DNA from: an uncultured Verrucomicrobiae bacterium
GTDB taxonomy: Bacteria; Verrucomicrobiota; Verrucomicrobiia; Chthoniobacterales; Chthoniobacteraceae
DNA length: 64,000 bases
Assembly: GCA_963836755.1 (NCBI GenBank)
Contig: CAWIKF010000001.1
Location: forward strand, 672,001-736,000
Reading direction: 5' to 3'
Each line of letters starts with the position of its first letter. Within the stretch, counting starts at the first letter, position 1. The translations under genes were made by a program, and so were the position numbers. Positions 48,218-57,852 of the stretch are shown here, in pieces. The notes below the pieces were generated by a model. It ran no database searches. It was not told where the DNA came from and saw nothing but the letters and a program-made list of their open reading frames with translations.

Positions 48218-48328
48218 AGCGCGCGATGATGCGCGGCGGCGCGCGCTGCATCAACTCCGAAACGGGCGCGCACATTTGGATGCGCTGCGTTCACACGTGC
48301 AAAGCTCGGTGCGCGCGAAACTAAAAGC

Positions 48329-48487
48329 ATGGCCACAACAAAACAAAAAACCGCGGCAAAAAAGAACATCAAGAAGGCAGCAAGCGCCGCAAAAGCGAAA
48401 AAGACGATCTCGCATTTGCCGAAAAAAACGCGCAGTGCGCTTGGGAAAAAAGGAGCGGCGGCTGCCAAGAAAAAGCGCGACGGCTGA
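48329..48487 (+). CDS. Small Lys/Ala-rich basic protein (52 aa), missing from the ORF track
   Basis: MATTKQKTAAKKNIKKAASAAKAKKTISHLPKKTRSALGKKGAAAAKKKRDG, read directly from the sequence. Confidence 0.75.
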   Translation: MATTKQKTAAKKNIKKAASAAKAKKTISHLPKKTRSALGKKGAAAAKKKRDG

Positions 48488-48533
48488 AATTCTCTTCAAG
48501 TCCGAATCCTCTGCCGGCGCCGATTTGCAGGCG

Positions 48534-48644
48534 ATGTTTGCTTTCTTCTCCAACCGCTTGGGCTGCATCGGCTCACTGCTCGTCTCGCTCCTCGGCACCG
48601 CGCTTTTGATTCTTCTCATGCGCGGCTGTCATGGAGCAATGTGA
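48534..48644 (+). CDS. Small membrane peptide (36 aa)
   Basis: MFAFFSNRLGCIGSLLVSLLGTALLILLMRGCHGAM; single TM; stop 6 nt before the next gene. Confidence 0.6.
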   Translation: MFAFFSNRLGCIGSLLVSLLGTALLILLMRGCHGAM

Positions 48645-48650
48645 GGGGCG

Positions 48651-49604
48651 ATGAGCGCTGACCCGATCCTCGATGCCGTCATCGTCGGCGGCGGGCCGGC
48701 CGGGCTCAGTGCCGCGCTCGTGCTCGGGCGCTGCCTGCGCCGCGTGCTGGTCTGCGACGCCGGCTTGCCGCGCAACGCGCCCGCGCGCATTTTCAATGGC
48801 TTCCTCTCGCGCGACGGTTCGACGCCCGCGGAGTTCCTAGAAATTTGCCGCAAGCAGCTTCGGCGCTACGAAACGGTCGAGCTGCGCAAAGTAAAAGTGG
48901 AGGATGTCGAACGCGGCGATCGGCGATTCACGGTCGTCCTCGAGACGGGCGAGCGCATTGTGACGCGGCTGATTTTGCTCGCGAGCGGGCTCGTCGATGA
49001 ACTGCCGCAGATCGAGGGCTTGAAACAATTTTACGGAAAGACTGCGCACAGTTGCCCGTATTGCGACGGCTGGGAAAGTCGCGGCGAGCCGATGGCGGTT
49101 GCGGGTGGAAACCAGTGCGCCGTCGATCTCGCGATTGAACTGCTTTTGTGGAGCAAGGACGTCGTCCTTTGCACGAACGGCTCGCTGACTTGCGATGAAA
49201 AATCGCGCGCACAATTGCAACGCGCGGCTGTGCGAATCATCGACACACCGATCGCGCGGCTCGAGGGCGAGGGCGAGGAGCTGCGCGGCATCCGCTTTAC
49301 CGATAGAAGTTTTCTTCCGCGGAAAGTGCTTTTCTTTTCTCCCGAGCAACACCAGCGCTCGCCGCTCGCCGAACGCCTCGGCTGCGGATTTTGTCCCGAC
49401 GATGTGTGTTGCATCGAGTCCGGAGATGATACGGCGACGTGCGTGCCGGGCGTTTATGCAGCGGGCAATGCGAGTAAAGGCGTGCAACTCGTGATCGCCG
49501 CTGCCGCCGAGGGAACGCTCGCGGCCGTTGCGATGAACAACGCGCTGCTCGAGGCCGATGCCGAAACCGGCGCGCTCGCCGACGCGGAAATCGCAGGCAT
49601 TTGA
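48651..49604 (+). CDS. Thioredoxin-reductase-like FAD/NAD(P)-dependent oxidoreductase
   Basis: IVGGGPAGLSAA, HSCPYCDG, PGVYAAG. Confidence 0.9.
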   Translation: MSADPILDAVIVGGGPAGLSAALVLGRCLRRVLVCDAGLPRNAPARIFNGFLSRDGSTPAEFLEICRKQLRRYETVELRKVKVEDVERGDRRFTVVLETGERIVTRLILLASGLVDELPQIEGLKQFYGKTAHSCPYCDGWESRGEPMAVAGGNQCAVDLAIELLLWSKDVVLCTNGSLTCDEKSRAQLQRAAVRIIDTPIARLEGEGEELRGIRFTDRSFLPRKVLFFSPEQHQRSPLAERLGCGFCPDDVCCIESGDDTATCVPGVYAAGNASKGVQLVIAAAAEGTLAAVAMNNALLEADAETGALADAEIAGI

Positions 49605-49651
49605 CAGCAGAGTTTTAAAACCGGCTGCCGCACTCCGTGCGTAACTTGTTT

Positions 49652-49840
49652 ATGCCAGCAAAATCCAAAAAACAGCAGATGGCCGCCGGCGCTGCACTCG
49701 CGGCGAAGCGCGGCGAAAAATCAAAGTCTTCGCTCAAGGGCGCGTCGAAACAAATGGTGAAGTCCATGAGCGAAAAACAGCTCGACGAACTCGCGAGCAC
49801 GAAGCGCAAAAAGCTTCCTGCCAAAAAGACTAAAAAGTAA
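49652..49840 (+). CDS. DUF3008-family small basic protein
   Basis: MPAKSKKQQMAAGAALAAKRGE..LKGASKQM..SMSEKQLDELAST. Confidence 0.85.
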   Translation: MPAKSKKQQMAAGAALAAKRGEKSKSSLKGASKQMVKSMSEKQLDELASTKRKKLPAKKTKK

Positions 49841-49868
49841 GCAGCCGCGCGCCGGCTGCTTTGCAAAA

Positions 49869-50765
49869 ATGGCGCGCCAAAAAAAACCGGCTACGCGGCG
49901 CGATGCCTTTCGCATCGGCATTTCCGGCTGGACCTACGCGCGCTGGCGCGGCGTTTTTTATCCGCCCGGATTGGCGCACCGCAGCGAACTCAGCTACGCG
50001 AGTCGAAAGGTCAATTCCATCGAGATCAACGGCTCCTTTTATTCGCTCCAGCGCCCGACCAGCTATCAGCGCTGGCACGACGAAACGCCAGACGACTTCA
50101 TCTTCAGCGTCAAAGGCTCGCGCTTCATCACTCACATGAAAAAGCTGCGCGACATCCGCATCCCGCTCGCAAACTTTTTCGCGTCGGGATTACTGTGTCT
50201 CCGCGAAAAGCTCGGGCCGATCCTTTGGCAATTCCCGCCGAATCTCAGATGGGACGCCGAGCGATTCGGTAGCTTTTTCGATCTACTCCCGCGGGACACC
50301 GCAGCCGCCGCGGAGCTCGCGCGCGAGCACGACGCGAAACTCGAAGGCCGCGCTTGGACGAAGGCCGACGCCGCGCGACCAATCCGCCACGCGGTCGAGA
50401 TTCGCCATCCCACTTTTCTCACGCCGGAGTTCTTTGCGCTTTTGCGCAAACAGAACATCGCCTTCGTCATCGCCGACACCGCGGGCAAATGGCCATACAT
50501 CGAAGAAATTACCGCCGATTTTGTTTACTGCCGCCTCCACGGTGCGGAGGAACTTTACGCCAGCGGCTACACCGAAACGGCGCTCGACTGGTGGGCGCGG
50601 CGTCTCCGTCAATGGCAGCGCGGCCTGCAGCCCGACGACGCCCGGCTTCTCACGCACACGCGGCTGCGCAAAGCCGCGCAAGACATCTTTCTCTACTTTG
50701 ACAACGACGCCAAAGTTCACGCTCCTTCTGACGCAATCAATCTCGCGAAGCTTCTACGCGAATAG
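49869..50765 (+). CDS. DUF72 domain protein
   Basis: [44 protein letters not shown]. Confidence 0.92.
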   Translation: MARQKKPATRRDAFRIGISGWTYARWRGVFYPPGLAHRSELSYASRKVNSIEINGSFYSLQRPTSYQRWHDETPDDFIFSVKGSRFITHMKKLRDIRIPLANFFASGLLCLREKLGPILWQFPPNLRWDAERFGSFFDLLPRDTAAAAELAREHDAKLEGRAWTKADAARPIRHAVEIRHPTFLTPEFFALLRKQNIAFVIADTAGKWPYIEEITADFVYCRLHGAEELYASGYTETALDWWARRLRQWQRGLQPDDARLLTHTRLRKAAQDIFLYFDNDAKVHAPSDAINLAKLLRE

Positions 50766-50795
50766 CTGGCAATGGAGCTGAATCGTGAAAGTGTT

Positions 50796-51589
50796 CTAGA
50801 AGCCAATGCTCGCTCCGCCGTCCACGGGCAGGACAACTCCAGTGATGAATTTGCCGCCGTGGAGCAAAGGTAAACCGCAGCCCAGCCAATGTCGTCCGCC
50901 TCGCCGAAGCGATTCATAGGCGTGCGGCCGAGAATTTTTTCGGCGCGGGAAGGATCGTTCCGAAGCGCGTTGCGCATCATCTCGGAATCGATCCAGCCGG
51001 GCGCGATCGCATTCACTCTGACTCCCTGCCCTGAGACTTCGGCGGCGAGCGTGCGCACCATTCCGATATAGGCGCTCTTGGCCGCGCTGTAGGCCAGCAC
51101 CAACGGAATGCCGAAAAGCGACGCCATTGAGGCGATGAAAACAATATTCCCATGCTGGCGCGCGAGCATCCCGGGCAGCACGGCGGCGCTGAGAGCGTGC
51201 GCGCCCAGGACGTGGGTCTGTAAGACCGAATCAAACTCTGCGATTTTAGTTTCGGCGGCTGGTTTTTTGAGATGAATCCCGGCGTTGTTGATCAGGATCG
51301 AAATGGGAGAGGCGGATATTTTCTCCGCCTGTTCGATACAATGCTCCGCGGCTGCGAAGTCAGTCACATCGTGGGAAATCCCAAACGCCCCGTCGCCAAG
51401 CTCTCGCACCGCTTTTTCGATCGCATCGCTCCGCCGCCCCACGAGCACTACACGCGCGCCGGCGGAGACGAAGCAGCGCGCCATGCCAAAGCCGAGGCCA
51501 CTCGCACCGCCTGTGATGACTGCAGTCTCACCGGCGAGTGAAAAAGGTCCTGCGGCCGCGTCTAAGCTCTGTGGATTGGAAGATTTCAT
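50796..51589 (-). CDS. SDR oxidoreductase (sugar/gluconate 5-dehydrogenase-like) with a 1-nt frameshift near 50851
   Basis: [25 protein letters not shown]; the canonical tail [21 protein letters not shown] is in another frame. Confidence 0.88.
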
Positions 51590-51705
51590 CCTGCGTTAGG
51601 TGGATGAACGCATGTTGCCGAAGCGGATTGCGAATGGAAGAAAACATTCGGAACGCCCTTTTCATCAGTTGCTTTTTTCCGGAGTATCAAGGCTCCTTGA
51701 AAACG

Positions 51706-52545
51706 TTGCGAATAGACTCACACAATCATTTTTGGAAATACGATCCGGCCCAACATACTTGGATGACCGATCAGATGGGAGTGTTGAAGCGGGATTATCT
51801 GCCGGACGATTTTAAGCCTTTATTGGAACAGGCAGGCTTTGACGGAAGCGTGGTCGTCCAAGCGCGTCAAAGTCTGGAAGAAACGGAATGGTTGCTAGGA
51901 CTGGCAGAGCGCTATGACTTCCTAAAAGGAGTTGTAGGATGGGTCGACTTGCAATCACCCGAAGTTCGGAGCCAGCTAGGAAAATACTCTTCCTCTCCGC
52001 ATCTGCTTGGCGTCCGGCATGTGGTGCATGATGAACCAGATGATAGGTTCATGCTTCGAAAGGAATTCCTTCGCGGTATTGAACAATTGGAAGACTTCGA
52101 GTTGAGCTATGACTTGTTGTTATTTCCGAAGCACCTGCCGGTAGCGGCGGAGCTTGTCCGGAAGTTCCCCCAGCAGCGTTTTGTGGTGGATCACATCGCA
52201 AAGCCTTCTCCTAATCGCGGACCCATCTCAGGTTGGAAAGAAGATATTGAGCGGCTGGCATCATTCCCAAAAGTATACTGCAAGCTATCCGGCATGGTAA
52301 CTGAAGCCAGCTGGAACGCGTGGCACGCCGAAGACTTTCACGCTTATCTAGATCATGTTTATGAGGCATTCGGACCAGAGCGCCTGATGATCGGCTCGGA
52401 CTGGCCCGTATGCACCTTGGCTGGCAGTTATGCGGCTGTCATGCAGATCGTCATCGACTGGCTTGAACGATTTCAAGTGTCCGTTAGGGAGAATATCCTC
52501 GGCGGCAATTGCGCCACGTTTTACAAGCTTCGATTCGAAAATTGA
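51706..52545 (+). CDS. Amidohydrolase-2 family sugar lactonase (L-fucono/L-rhamnono-lactonase-like)
   Basis: IDSHNHFW, GVVGWVDL, GVRH, DHIAKP, KLSG, GSDWPV; TTG start inferred. Confidence 0.85.
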   Translation: MRIDSHNHFWKYDPAQHTWMTDQMGVLKRDYLPDDFKPLLEQAGFDGSVVVQARQSLEETEWLLGLAERYDFLKGVVGWVDLQSPEVRSQLGKYSSSPHLLGVRHVVHDEPDDRFMLRKEFLRGIEQLEDFELSYDLLLFPKHLPVAAELVRKFPQQRFVVDHIAKPSPNRGPISGWKEDIERLASFPKVYCKLSGMVTEASWNAWHAEDFHAYLDHVYEAFGPERLMIGSDWPVCTLAGSYAAVMQIVIDWLERFQVSVRENILGGNCATFYKLRFEN

Positions 52546-52617
52546 CTTCGCTCTACCCGATGTCCTAGAACTGCATTTGGCTGACAGAGTTCAGCCAAGC
52601 AGTTCACCTCCATCAAC

Positions 52618-53799
52618 ATGACAAATCCAATCGTCGGCGTTTTCTACCACTGGCTTGGCGGCCTGGCTTCCGCGAGTTTTTACATTCCATATCGCGCCGT
52701 AAAAAAGTGGTCGTGGGAAACCTACTGGCTCGTTGGTGGTTTTTTTAGCTGGATCATTGCTCCAATGGTTTTCGCTACGCTGCTGGTTCCGAATCTTTGG
52801 ACGATGTTGGGCGCCGCTCCTGGATGGCCACTTTTCTGGGCCTACTTTTTCGGGGTGATGTGGGGTTTTGGCGGCCTTACCTTTGGCCTGACGATGCGCT
52901 ACCTAGGCATCGCCCTCGGAATGGCGGTAGCGCTTGGATTTTGCGCTGCTTTTGGGACACTCGTTCCACCAATCTTCTCCGGACAGCTCGGTAAAATTAT
53001 CGGCACTAGTTCCGGACAGATGATCCTGCTTGGTGTAGGAGCATGCCTTGTGGGGATCTGCATCAGTGGAATGGCCGGGATGTCGAAGGAGCGTGAGCTT
53101 TCGCCAGAACAGAAAGCGGCGACTGTAAAGGAGTTTAATTTCGGTAAGGGGATGTTAGTGGCGACTTTTTCGGGAGTGATGAGTTCGTGCTTCGCCTATG
53201 GATTGGCAGCGGGAAAGCCATTGGCAGAAATTAGCAAGGCGAGCCTTCTTAAAAACGGAGGAAGTGACCTATGGCAGAATCTTCCGGTCCTCGTAGTCGT
53301 ATTGTGGGGCGGCTTTACGACGAACTTCATCTGGTGTGTGATCCTTAATATTAGAAATCGCACCAGCCACGAATATTTGAACCTGAGTAACCGAGCAGTG
53401 GGCGAGCTATGTGCGGTTGAGGGAGTAATGCTTTCGAATGCCGTGGAGGAAAAAGCAGCGCAAGGGTCTTCCGCCCTCTCGAACAGTGGATCATCGACTC
53501 CAGTCCCGTTACTCTGGAATTACTTCTTCTCCGCTATAGCTGGCATTACGTGGTATCTTCAGTTCTTTTTTTATAGCATGGGACAAACGAAGATGGGGAA
53601 GTTCGAGTTTTCGAGTTGGACGTTGCACATGGCAAGCATCATTATTTTTAGCACGCTCTGGGGAATTGTTTTGCATGAATGGAGAGGCACGAGCAGGCGA
53701 ACTCATGTGCTTATCGGCATCGGACTGGCAGTGCTGATTGGATCGACGATGATTGTCGGTTACGGAAACTACTTAGGTTTAGCGGCAGCGTCGCACTAA
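52618..53799 (+). CDS. rhaT: L-rhamnose/proton symporter RhaT family
   Basis: SFYIPY..VKKWSWETYW, WGFGGLTFGLTMRYLG, GGFTTN, WYLQFFFY, SWTLHM. Confidence 0.9.
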   Translation: MTNPIVGVFYHWLGGLASASFYIPYRAVKKWSWETYWLVGGFFSWIIAPMVFATLLVPNLWTMLGAAPGWPLFWAYFFGVMWGFGGLTFGLTMRYLGIALGMAVALGFCAAFGTLVPPIFSGQLGKIIGTSSGQMILLGVGACLVGICISGMAGMSKERELSPEQKAATVKEFNFGKGMLVATFSGVMSSCFAYGLAAGKPLAEISKASLLKNGGSDLWQNLPVLVVVLWGGFTTNFIWCVILNIRNRTSHEYLNLSNRAVGELCAVEGVMLSNAVEEKAAQGSSALSNSGSSTPVPLLWNYFFSAIAGITWYLQFFFYSMGQTKMGKFEFSSWTLHMASIIIFSTLWGIVLHEWRGTSRRTHVLIGIGLAVLIGSTMIVGYGNYLGLAAASH

Positions 53800-53814
53800 A
53801 GGGCTTGCTCGCAA

Positions 53815-56800
53815 CTATTGCCCAAATTGTTTGGTGTAGACGAGACGCCAGCGCGTTCCGCGCACAGCAGCATCCGGGTGAGCTGACAAGTTGGCATCTT
53901 CTGTATTGGCCAATGCGTTGCCCTGGCTGTCGGTGATGTTCGCAGTGTTCGGATCGTAGTATTTTTCAATCGTAAAGGCGCCGCGGTATTCGCCCGTGAC
54001 CTGGTCGCGATCTTCGCGCCAAACACCCGGAGTGCCGTTGACTGCTTGCTGCACACTTTGCGCCCGCACATGGACGGTGAAGGTGTTGGACTTGGTTGTC
54101 ACGCGCGGGTAGATCATTGAATAGGGCCGCTCTACGCTGTTGTCTCCGGTAAGACTGTTTGTAGTCCAGAAGGTAGATAGAGTTGAAGAAGTGGAACCGA
54201 GCGGTATCAGCGGGACGTCGCAAATCTGGGAAGCCGAAACGAAGAAATTTGGCAGTCTCGCGGAGTTGGAAGTTCTATTAAAGACCGGATAGAAGGCGGT
54301 GGAGTTGGTGATCAACTGGTTGAGAGTTTGATCCGCATCGATCGGATAACGTGTCGTGGCGGCGGCAACACCACCTGATGTCTTATATCCCTTGGTGAAA
54401 TTGTTTACCGACGGATTCAAAGCAGTCACCATAACCGACTTCAAAACGGCTCTCATGCCTGTAGTTCTGGTGATGTAGGTGAACGGCGCGATCTGCGTGT
54501 TCAGATTGATCTTTCCGGAAGTAGAGAGTGGTCCGCTGATGCTCCAGGGCTCGACGATTGGCATCCAGAAAAGGTCGAGCAAAAGGTGATCCGGCGGATT
54601 CAAAGTTGGGTTCGCATTTCCCGGATGAGTATAGGTGCCGTGGTAACCCGGCAACGAGGCGGGTCGAAAAAGCAGCGTCTGCCATGGACTATTGAATCCT
54701 ACCGGCAGGGAGCCAAACATGACGGGCGAAGAAAGTTGCCGGTTAGGAGAAAAAAGGGTGGTCATCGGTGCGCCATATTGCTGCATCACGGTATAGTTCC
54801 CAATATAGGGGACGGTGGAGCTGGAACTAGGAGTCATGCCTTCGTCCGGCTTGTTGATCCATGGGCCGTCGGCGACTAAACCTTCTCCGTTATCCCAGTC
54901 AGCGGTTCCAGCGAGGGCACTCGTGCCGCCGCTCAATATCAAACCTGGAATGGCCTTCGCGGAATAGTTATTAAAAGGAGGAATATCGGGGCCGAAACCA
55001 CCAAAACTTCCGCTAGTTCCGCCTGTGTAGCCGGCAACAAAGCTGCCCGATGTATAACCAGATGCCCAATTGTCGCCCGTGCCCATCCGGAAGCAGTTGG
55101 TGTTTGTGTTGTAGGTCGTGGAAGTAGGAGTTCCTGTGACCTCAAAAGTATTTTGCGTAGGATCGGAAGCGGGGATTTTGGGAGCCAGGGCGACCAGACG
55201 CGTATCTCCGTCAAGAGGCTGTTTATCCAAAGGCCCCGTCGCAGTCACTGTCCGGACACTGTCATTGCCGGTGTTGTAAAGAAAGTAACCACCGTTCGCA
55301 TATGCACCGCAACGGTAGTTACCTTTGGGAGCTGTCCCACTGGCCAGCGCGGCTGGATAGCTGACGGTGCCGGTGCCAGACGAGGCAGTCGCTGAGTAGA
55401 TGCTTGTCGCACCATTTTGTCTGAATGCGCCATACCAGTTATTGCTTGAATCCAACCAGAGCGTCGGCACCGGCGCTTGGATGGACGGAAAGTTAAAGGT
55501 AAATTGCTGAAGCTGAGTCCCGGGTGAGGCGGCGGTGCCAGCCAGCCCATAGGTTGTCATCGTGACTTTTCCCGAGATTGAAACCGGACCGGTCGCTGGA
55601 ATCAAAGCCAAGCCCGTCGCATACATTGAGTCCTTTGGGCAAGCTGTGCCGCCATTAAAACTGCCAGTTTCAGCAAAGCAGAGCGGATCGAGTGGACCTC
55701 CTATGCCCGATGCATCGCGCGTGCCGGTGATGGTGCCCAGACGGTATAGGTCCGGCATTACCGCACTCCAGGTGGAAGTAGCGTTAGAGCCTCCAATGGT
55801 TAGGTTCAGACTGTTATAGCGAATCCGCATGTTATTATACATGGGAACGTAGCCCGCCATCGGGCTGACGAACCTCGGTATCAAAGCCCATTCGACCAAG
55901 GTTTGCTGTGAAGGATCATAGGTGGTGCCGGCGAGGCTTCCAGCTCCCGCGCCTCCGATAGTAATACTCTTGGCGACATTGCCCGATTCCGCTTTAGTGA
56001 GATCGGCCCTGTCATCGACCTTCACGATCGCGAGGCCGAGCTCGGAGATCGTATTGAAGCGTCCAAATCCTCGGGTAGTCCCACCGCTTCCACTCGGCGT
56101 GATCTGGATCGGCACTACTTGACCAAGAGCGGCTTGATTGACATTGCCTGTCCCGCTGGACGGAGGGTTGGCCGTGTAGGGCGCAGCGCCAGAGCTGTTG
56201 TCCGCCAAATTTGAGGAGCGGATGTAATCAAAGATTTCTGTCAGAATCTGTTCGCTGTCCTTGGCGCCGAACGGATTGACGTTCCCATATTTCGTAGACG
56301 AAGAAAAGCTGGTGCCAAAGCCAGGGATGCTCTGGTTCATGAGAGACTGAAGATAGGCATATACTTGAGGGTTCCGTGCCACTCCTCCGATAGTGGCAGA
56401 GGTGTAGTCCACGGTAGTGCTGGTCGGATCCTTGCGTGCGAAGATCATCGGATGCTGATTGCCAGCCGTAGCACTGTTGGCCACAGTGGCAGAGCGCAGG
56501 ATGGCATTGTCAAAGGCGGTGCGGTTCGATGCATGAGAGTCATCCCAGACCGGCCACATCGCCACGCGCGGAAGGCCGAAAAGATTCAACTCCGGAGCCT
56601 TGCTGCTGGAGGTGAGGAAAAAGCGGGTGCGCTCGATGACATTCTGGACCGTGGAACCCGAGCCTACGGCTTGCACAGTGCGCGTGGTATCCGTGGAGGC
56701 TGGTGGCTTGAAAGCAAACTCATCCACGCTGGCGTAGAGCCGATCTAAGTCAGTGGTTAAATTCGCAGTGTTAGGCGCTGCCGTCCCACCCATTGAGGAT

Positions 56801-57852
56801 TGACCTGCTGTATCAGTGACTCGCGGAATGGCATTGGTGATCGCCTGCACAAGATCATTTCGCGACAAACCACCCAGAGCCGAGCCAAGGACCGTGGAAA
56901 GACAGGTCGTCGCGGGATGTCCCGGGTAACGTTGATACTCGTGCTGCGCTCCTTGATAGGTTGCAAGGAGCACATCTCCTATCGCTGTAGTTTGTGGATA
57001 TGAGAAGCTGTCGGGAGACTTTCCAGTGTTTGCCACCGGCGTATCCCAATAGGTTCCCTCGGAGGCTGTGTTGAGATTGACCTTGGCACTTTCGTCATCG
57101 GTCCAAAATGCGATGCGCCCCACGATCGGGTTGTTTTTGGTGGGGATGTTCGCCGTAAAGGTCGCGCTCGGAACTGTAGTGCTCGCTGAAGCAATGTCCG
57201 GGCAGGTCAAAGTTCCATCGCGCAGCACATAGAGCCATCGCACCGGCATCGGCAGCCGGGCTGTGTTTGTGCCGCTGCTGACCTGCACCACGCCGTCGAC
57301 TCCCGCAGTGTAGCTAAAGCCCTCCACCGGAGTCGAAGGATCGGTCGCACGCGGATCGGCAATGGGGAAAATCACATCCGAAGGATTGGTCGCGTTCGCA
57401 ATCGGCGCATTGAGATCGGTGAAGTAGGCCGGCTTCTTGTCCCAAAGCGCATCGAGATCCGAGGAGGGTGAGAAGTTGGTCACCGCTGGATTGGTGTCCG
57501 CCGTCACCACCATGGTGTCCGAGGAGTAGAGCTTGTAATACTTATACGGCGCACTCGAGGCACTGGTCCCGGTGCCAAAGGTGCGGATCATCCCCGGCTG
57601 GCAGGCCCACGCAGTCGTCGTTGTTTCCCGTGGCTCGGTCGCATTGGTGATCGTCCCCTGCACCAATTGCACGGCCGAAGCCGCCAATTGCCGCGAACGC
57701 AAGTTCGACGCCGAAGCTTTCGCGCCCACAACTTCCGTGGTCACGCGGGTGAAAAACGCCACCACCAGCACCATCAACAACACCAGCATCCCCAGCACCA
57801 ACACCAACGCCACTCCGGCCCGGCGGCGGTGGGAAGGTGCCTTCACAAGCAA
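53815..57852 (-). CDS. Verru_Chthon cassette protein A
   Basis: GVALVLVL leader, WACQPGMIR, YKLYSS, MPVRWLY, GRIAFWTDDESAKVNLNTASEG, EYQRYPGHPATT, DHLLLDLFWMP, STSGKINLN, LTGDNSVERPY. Confidence 0.9.
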   Translation of the reverse strand: MLVKAPSHRRRAGVALVLVLGMLVLLMVLVVAFFTRVTTEVVGAKASASNLRSRQLAASAVQLVQGTITNATEPRETTTTAWACQPGMIRTFGTGTSASSAPYKYYKLYSSDTMVVTADTNPAVTNFSPSSDLDALWDKKPAYFTDLNAPIANATNPSDVIFPIADPRATDPSTPVEGFSYTAGVDGVVQVSSGTNTARLPMPVRWLYVLRDGTLTCPDIASASTTVPSATFTANIPTKNNPIVGRIAFWTDDESAKVNLNTASEGTYWDTPVANTGKSPDSFSYPQTTAIGDVLLATYQGAQHEYQRYPGHPATTCLSTVLGSALGGLSRNDLVQAITNAIPRVTDTAGQSSMGGTAAPNTANLTTDLDRLYASVDEFAFKPPASTDTTRTVQAVGSGSTVQNVIERTRFFLTSSSKAPELNLFGLPRVAMWPVWDDSHASNRTAFDNAILRSATVANSATAGNQHPMIFARKDPTSTTVDYTSATIGGVARNPQVYAYLQSLMNQSIPGFGTSFSSSTKYGNVNPFGAKDSEQILTEIFDYIRSSNLADNSSGAAPYTANPPSSGTGNVNQAALGQVVPIQITPSGSGGTTRGFGRFNTISELGLAIVKVDDRADLTKAESGNVAKSITIGGAGAGSLAGTTYDPSQQTLVEWALIPRFVSPMAGYVPMYNNMRIRYNSLNLTIGGSNATSTWSAVMPDLYRLGTITGTRDASGIGGPLDPLCFAETGSFNGGTACPKDSMYATGLALIPATGPVSISGKVTMTTYGLAGTAASPGTQLQQFTFNFPSIQAPVPTLWLDSSNNWYGAFRQNGATSIYSATASSGTGTVSYPAALASGTAPKGNYRCGAYANGGYFLYNTGNDSVRTVTATGPLDKQPLDGDTRLVALAPKIPASDPTQNTFEVTGTPTSTTYNTNTNCFRMGTGDNWASGYTSGSFVAGYTGGTSGSFGGFGPDIPPFNNYSAKAIPGLILSGGTSALAGTADWDNGEGLVADGPWINKPDEGMTPSSSSTVPYIGNYTVMQQYGAPMTTLFSPNRQLSSPVMFGSLPVGFNSPWQTLLFRPASLPGYHGTYTHPGNANPTLNPPDHLLLDLFWMPIVEPWSISGPLSTSGKINLNTQIAPFTYITRTTGMRAVLKSVMVTALNPSVNNFTKGYKTSGGVAAATTRYPIDADQTLNQLITNSTAFYPVFNRTSNSARLPNFFVSASQICDVPLIPLGSTSSTLSTFWTTNSLTGDNSVERPYSMIYPRVTTKSNTFTVHVRAQSVQQAVNGTPGVWREDRDQVTGEYRGAFTIEKYYDPNTANITDSQGNALANTEDANLSAHPDAAVRGTRWRLVYTKQFGQ

